60,343 bases of DNA from a virus (Duplodnaviria > Caudoviricetes), in IMG/VR virus record IMGVR_UViG_3300044898_000090, positions 1-60,343 of that record; one strand, given 5' to 3'. The notes below the pieces were generated by a model. That model did no database searches and was not told the origin of the DNA. It was given only the letters and a program-made list of their open reading frames with translations. The position numbers and the translations under genes were made by a program. Below are positions 57,513 through 60,343 of the stretch, piece after piece (positions within the stretch are counted from its first letter, which is position 1; each line of letters begins with the position of its first letter).

Positions 57513-59260
57513 GCCGCCGCCCTCACGGTCTTGCGCTGCGCGACGACCTCTTCGGCGAGCTTGCGGACCCGGCCGCGCGTGTCCTGCGCCTCAGCGACGA
57601 GCTCGGCGTCGGGGTCCCTGAGCGGCTCGGACTGCATGCGCTTGATGCCGAGCACCTCCATGACGACGGGGTCGCTGCCGATCTCGCTGTTGAGGAAGTA
57701 CGCGACGACCGACTCGTCCTGGCCGTCACGGTGAAGGCGGCCGATGCACTGGTCGTGCATGCCGGGCGACCAGTCCAGCTCGCCGAACACCGCGACGTTG
57801 GTGACAGCCTGGAGGCCGTCAAGGCCGGCGCCACTGCGCAGGCTCATGATGAACACGCGGCACGCGTCGGGGTCGTCCGGGTCGTCGGGGTTGAGCGGCT
57901 CGAGGAACCGGCGCTTGGACTCCTCCTTCTGCGCGGGGCTCTCGGACCCGGTGTAGAGGGCGGGATTGAACTCGGCGAGCCGGTCGAGCCAGATGTCGTA
58001 GACGTCGCGGTGCCAGCCGAAGAGGACGACCTTCCCCTGGCTCTCGAGCAGCATGCGGATGAACTCGGCGACGTAGGGCGCCTTGGAGACGCCGGTCGCG
58101 CGGCGGGTTTCCCAGTCGAGCTCGCCGGCGGCGAGGAACGCCTCCTTGCGCTCGCCGTGCAGGACGATGTCGGCGAGGTCGACCGCGCCCTCCATGAGCC
58201 GCTCGTACACCTTCTCGTCCGCGCTGACCGAGTGCGGGACGCGGACGACCTCGGGTAGCTCGCGGCCGACGTCGGCGCGGGTGCGGCGGAGCATCAACCC
58301 CTGGTCGCGGAGGTAGGTGCCGAGGGCCCGGGGCTCGCGGACGCGGAGCTTCTCGTGCCAGTAGGTGTGGCCCCACTCGCGGGCGAACTCTTCGCGGGAG
58401 CCGAGGGCGTCCGGTGCGAGGACCGCCATGATGTTGTAGATCTCCCCCGCGTAGTTGTAGACCGGCGTCGCCGTCAGGCCCATGCGGAGGTCGGCGGCGT
58501 CGGCGATCCGGGCGGCGGCGTTGTACTTGTCGCTGTTCGCCCGCCGTAGCTCCTGGGCCTCGTCGAAGATGACCGTCTTGACACGGCCGGGGAGGTGGTC
58601 CGCCCAGCCGCGGATCTTGTGGTAGTTAACGATCAGGACATCGGGGTCCTCGCCTTTCATCTCCCGCGTCTTCGCTGGGTCGTACGGCTGGCCTGAGCGG
58701 ATGATGTGCGCCTTCAGCCAGGGCAGCGTCTTTGAGAGCTCGCTGACCCACTGCGGCGGCAGGTGCGTCGGGCACACGACGAGCGCCGGCAGCCGCGCGG
58801 GATCGCGCAGCACCAAGAGGCCGCTCATGCTCTTGCCGAGCCCGAGGTCGTCGGCGAGCAGCAGCGAACCACTGGTGAGGGCGAGGTCAGCGGCGACGAG
58901 CTGGTAGTCCCGCGCTTGGCGCGCCGGCTCTGTCAGCTCGAGGTGCGGCCGGTCGCCACTGAGAATGGAGAGGACCGCTTCCTCTCGCTGTCGGTGCTCA
59001 TCCGCTGCTGTGCGGAGGCGCGCCAGATCCTTGTCGGTGATCTTCAGCGGCCACCGCTCGAGGATCCATTCGAGGTCCCGGGCGACCTCCGTCGTGTGGT
59101 CCAGGGTGATGTACGGCGTCCGGTGGCTTTCCGCCCGCGGGAGGATGCGCTTCAGCCGGAGCATCACGTCGGACGTCGCCTGCAGCCTCCACAGCGGGCG
59201 TGACCAGCCGAGACCGTCCGGTGGCGGCTCGTGGTAGGACAGCGCGCCGAACGTCTTCAC
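57509..59260 (-). CDS. SNF2-family helicase
   Basis: RDYQ, ADDLGLGKS, DEAQ, LTATP, GAGLDG, QCIGRLHRDGQ. Confidence 0.92.
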   Translation of the reverse strand: MKTFGALSYHEPPPDGLGWSRPLWRLQATSDVMLRLKRILPRAESHRTPYITLDHTTEVARDLEWILERWPLKITDKDLARLRTAADEHRQREEAVLSILSGDRPHLELTEPARQARDYQLVAADLALTSGSLLLADDLGLGKSMSGLLVLRDPARLPALVVCPTHLPPQWVSELSKTLPWLKAHIIRSGQPYDPAKTREMKGEDPDVLIVNYHKIRGWADHLPGRVKTVIFDEAQELRRANSDKYNAAARIADAADLRMGLTATPVYNYAGEIYNIMAVLAPDALGSREEFAREWGHTYWHEKLRVREPRALGTYLRDQGLMLRRTRADVGRELPEVVRVPHSVSADEKVYERLMEGAVDLADIVLHGERKEAFLAAGELDWETRRATGVSKAPYVAEFIRMLLESQGKVVLFGWHRDVYDIWLDRLAEFNPALYTGSESPAQKEESKRRFLEPLNPDDPDDPDACRVFIMSLRSGAGLDGLQAVTNVAVFGELDWSPGMHDQCIGRLHRDGQDESVVAYFLNSEIGSDPVVMEVLGIKRMQSEPLRDPDAELVAEAQDTRGRVRKLAEEVVAQRKTVRAAA

Positions 59261-59610
59261 AGCGCGCCCCCGGCGATCTGGTAGATCCGCAACGGCTTCC
59301 CCTCGAGCTTCGAGGGGGCCTGGTGGCGGACGCGGCTGGTGACGAGGACCAGCCCGTCGATGCGATCGCTGAGCGCGTACCGGCGGAGCTGGCGGAGCAC
59401 GGAGGTGGCAGCGCCGGCGACCTTGACCTCGATGCCGACGCGGCCGACGAGCAGGTCGATGCGACTGCGGTTGTCGAGACGGACCTCGCGCTCCACGTCG
59501 AACCCGGCGGCGGCGAGCGCCACGGCGAGCCCCTGCTGAAGGTCCTCCTCGCTGGCGTAGTTGAACCGGCGGGCGGCCAGCACGTTCAGGATCGGCTCGC
59601 AGACGCTCAC
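59257..59610 (-). CDS. PD-(D/E)XK nuclease
   Basis: E..LQ..REV..RIDLL..GIEVK..QLRRY. Confidence 0.8.
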   Translation of the reverse strand: MSVCEPILNVLAARRFNYASEEDLQQGLAVALAAAGFDVEREVRLDNRSRIDLLVGRVGIEVKVAGAATSVLRQLRRYALSDRIDGLVLVTSRVRHQAPSKLEGKPLRIYQIAGGAL

Positions 59611-60131
59611 GCCGCACGCCCCAGGTACTCGTCGATCGCGCGCACGTCCCTCGCGTGCTTCTCGTGCGCCCCGCTCCCCGGGTTGTTATCCCACGCGCCC
59701 GTCTTGTGCTCGCGGATCAGCTCCAAGGGCGTGCATTTCCAGCCGTCGATCGTCTCGGCGTGCCCCCGCGCCTTGTCGGCGTCCACCCACGGGTCGCGCG
59801 GCGTCCACTGGTAGAAGGCGTGCGCCCGGAAGCCACCGACGTTCCGCTCGAGGAACGGAGGGTCGGCGATGTGGGGCAGCCGCACGCGCCAGTTCAGGCT
59901 GCCCGAGAGTCCCAGCCATAGCTCCGGTTCGACGAAGACGTCGACATCGGAGATGCTCTCGCGTAGGCCATGCAGAACCAACACGAGCGAGCCGAACAGC
60001 GCCCACTCGGCGCCCGGGAAGCCATCCGGGCCCTGATTGACGAAGCGGTCGGCGCCCTCGTTCAGCTCGTTCCGCAGCGGGAACAGCCGCCACAGCATGT
60101 CGCCCGGAATCGTCTTGCGACGCCGGCTCAC
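59607..60131 (-). CDS. Pol-beta-superfamily nucleotidyltransferase
   Basis: LFGS..L.LHGL...SDVDVFV; C-terminal K..K...D. Confidence 0.75.
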   Translation of the reverse strand: MSRRRKTIPGDMLWRLFPLRNELNEGADRFVNQGPDGFPGAEWALFGSLVLVLHGLRESISDVDVFVEPELWLGLSGSLNWRVRLPHIADPPFLERNVGGFRAHAFYQWTPRDPWVDADKARGHAETIDGWKCTPLELIREHKTGAWDNNPGSGAHEKHARDVRAIDEYLGRAA

Positions 60132-60343
60132 GCCGCACGCTCCCTGATGGCCTTCGCGTACTCAAGCTGCAGCTCGCAGGCGCGCGAGCAGGGGACCTCG
60201 AACAGGTCGCCGCCGATGACCCAACCCGCGTCCTTCGCACAGTTGGGACAGCCTTTGCTTTCTGTGTAGGGACCACATCCGTCAGAGTCGAAGCCGACCC
60301 CCTCGAAGATCACTAGCTCCTCGCCGTTGAGAGCGCGGGTCAC
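60128..60343 (-). CDS. Small Cys-containing protein
   Basis: CPNC..CSRAC. Confidence 0.55.
   Translation of the reverse strand: MTRALNGEELVIFEGVGFDSDGCGPYTESKGCPNCAKDAGWVIGGDLFEVPCSRACELQLEYAKAIRERAA

Overview
The whole 60.3-kb window is phage DNA, with no host housekeeping genes. It is most likely a complete, circularly permuted, high-GC temperate phage of an actinobacterium; an mIHF-like gene hints at a Thermoleophilia/Solirubrobacterales-type host (inference). Almost all genes are on the minus strand. A divergent cro/repressor switch lies at ~10.3-11.0 kb. The early operon runs from ~10.5 kb down to 1 (Rep with iterons, mIHF, DUF1643, excisionase, tyrosine integrase) and apparently continues from 60343 down to ~49.3 kb (nucleotidyltransferase, PD-(D/E)XK nuclease, SNF2 helicase, m6A and m5C methyltransferases, VRR-NUC, a string of micro-genes). 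The late region (~48.7 to 12 kb) has HNH/TerS/TerL/portal/protease, two paralogous HK97-fold capsid genes, appendage proteins, a contractile tail and baseplate, and a lysis/exported-enzyme cluster. Most notable: micro-genes bounded by conserved junction repeats (one set duplicates the integrase 3' end), a tRNA-like multi-arm RNA candidate before the packaging genes, tandem capsid paralogs, a gp25 domain fused to a ~700-aa cargo, and a lipoprotein GH25 lysin. All calls come from motif recognition by eye; no searches were run.
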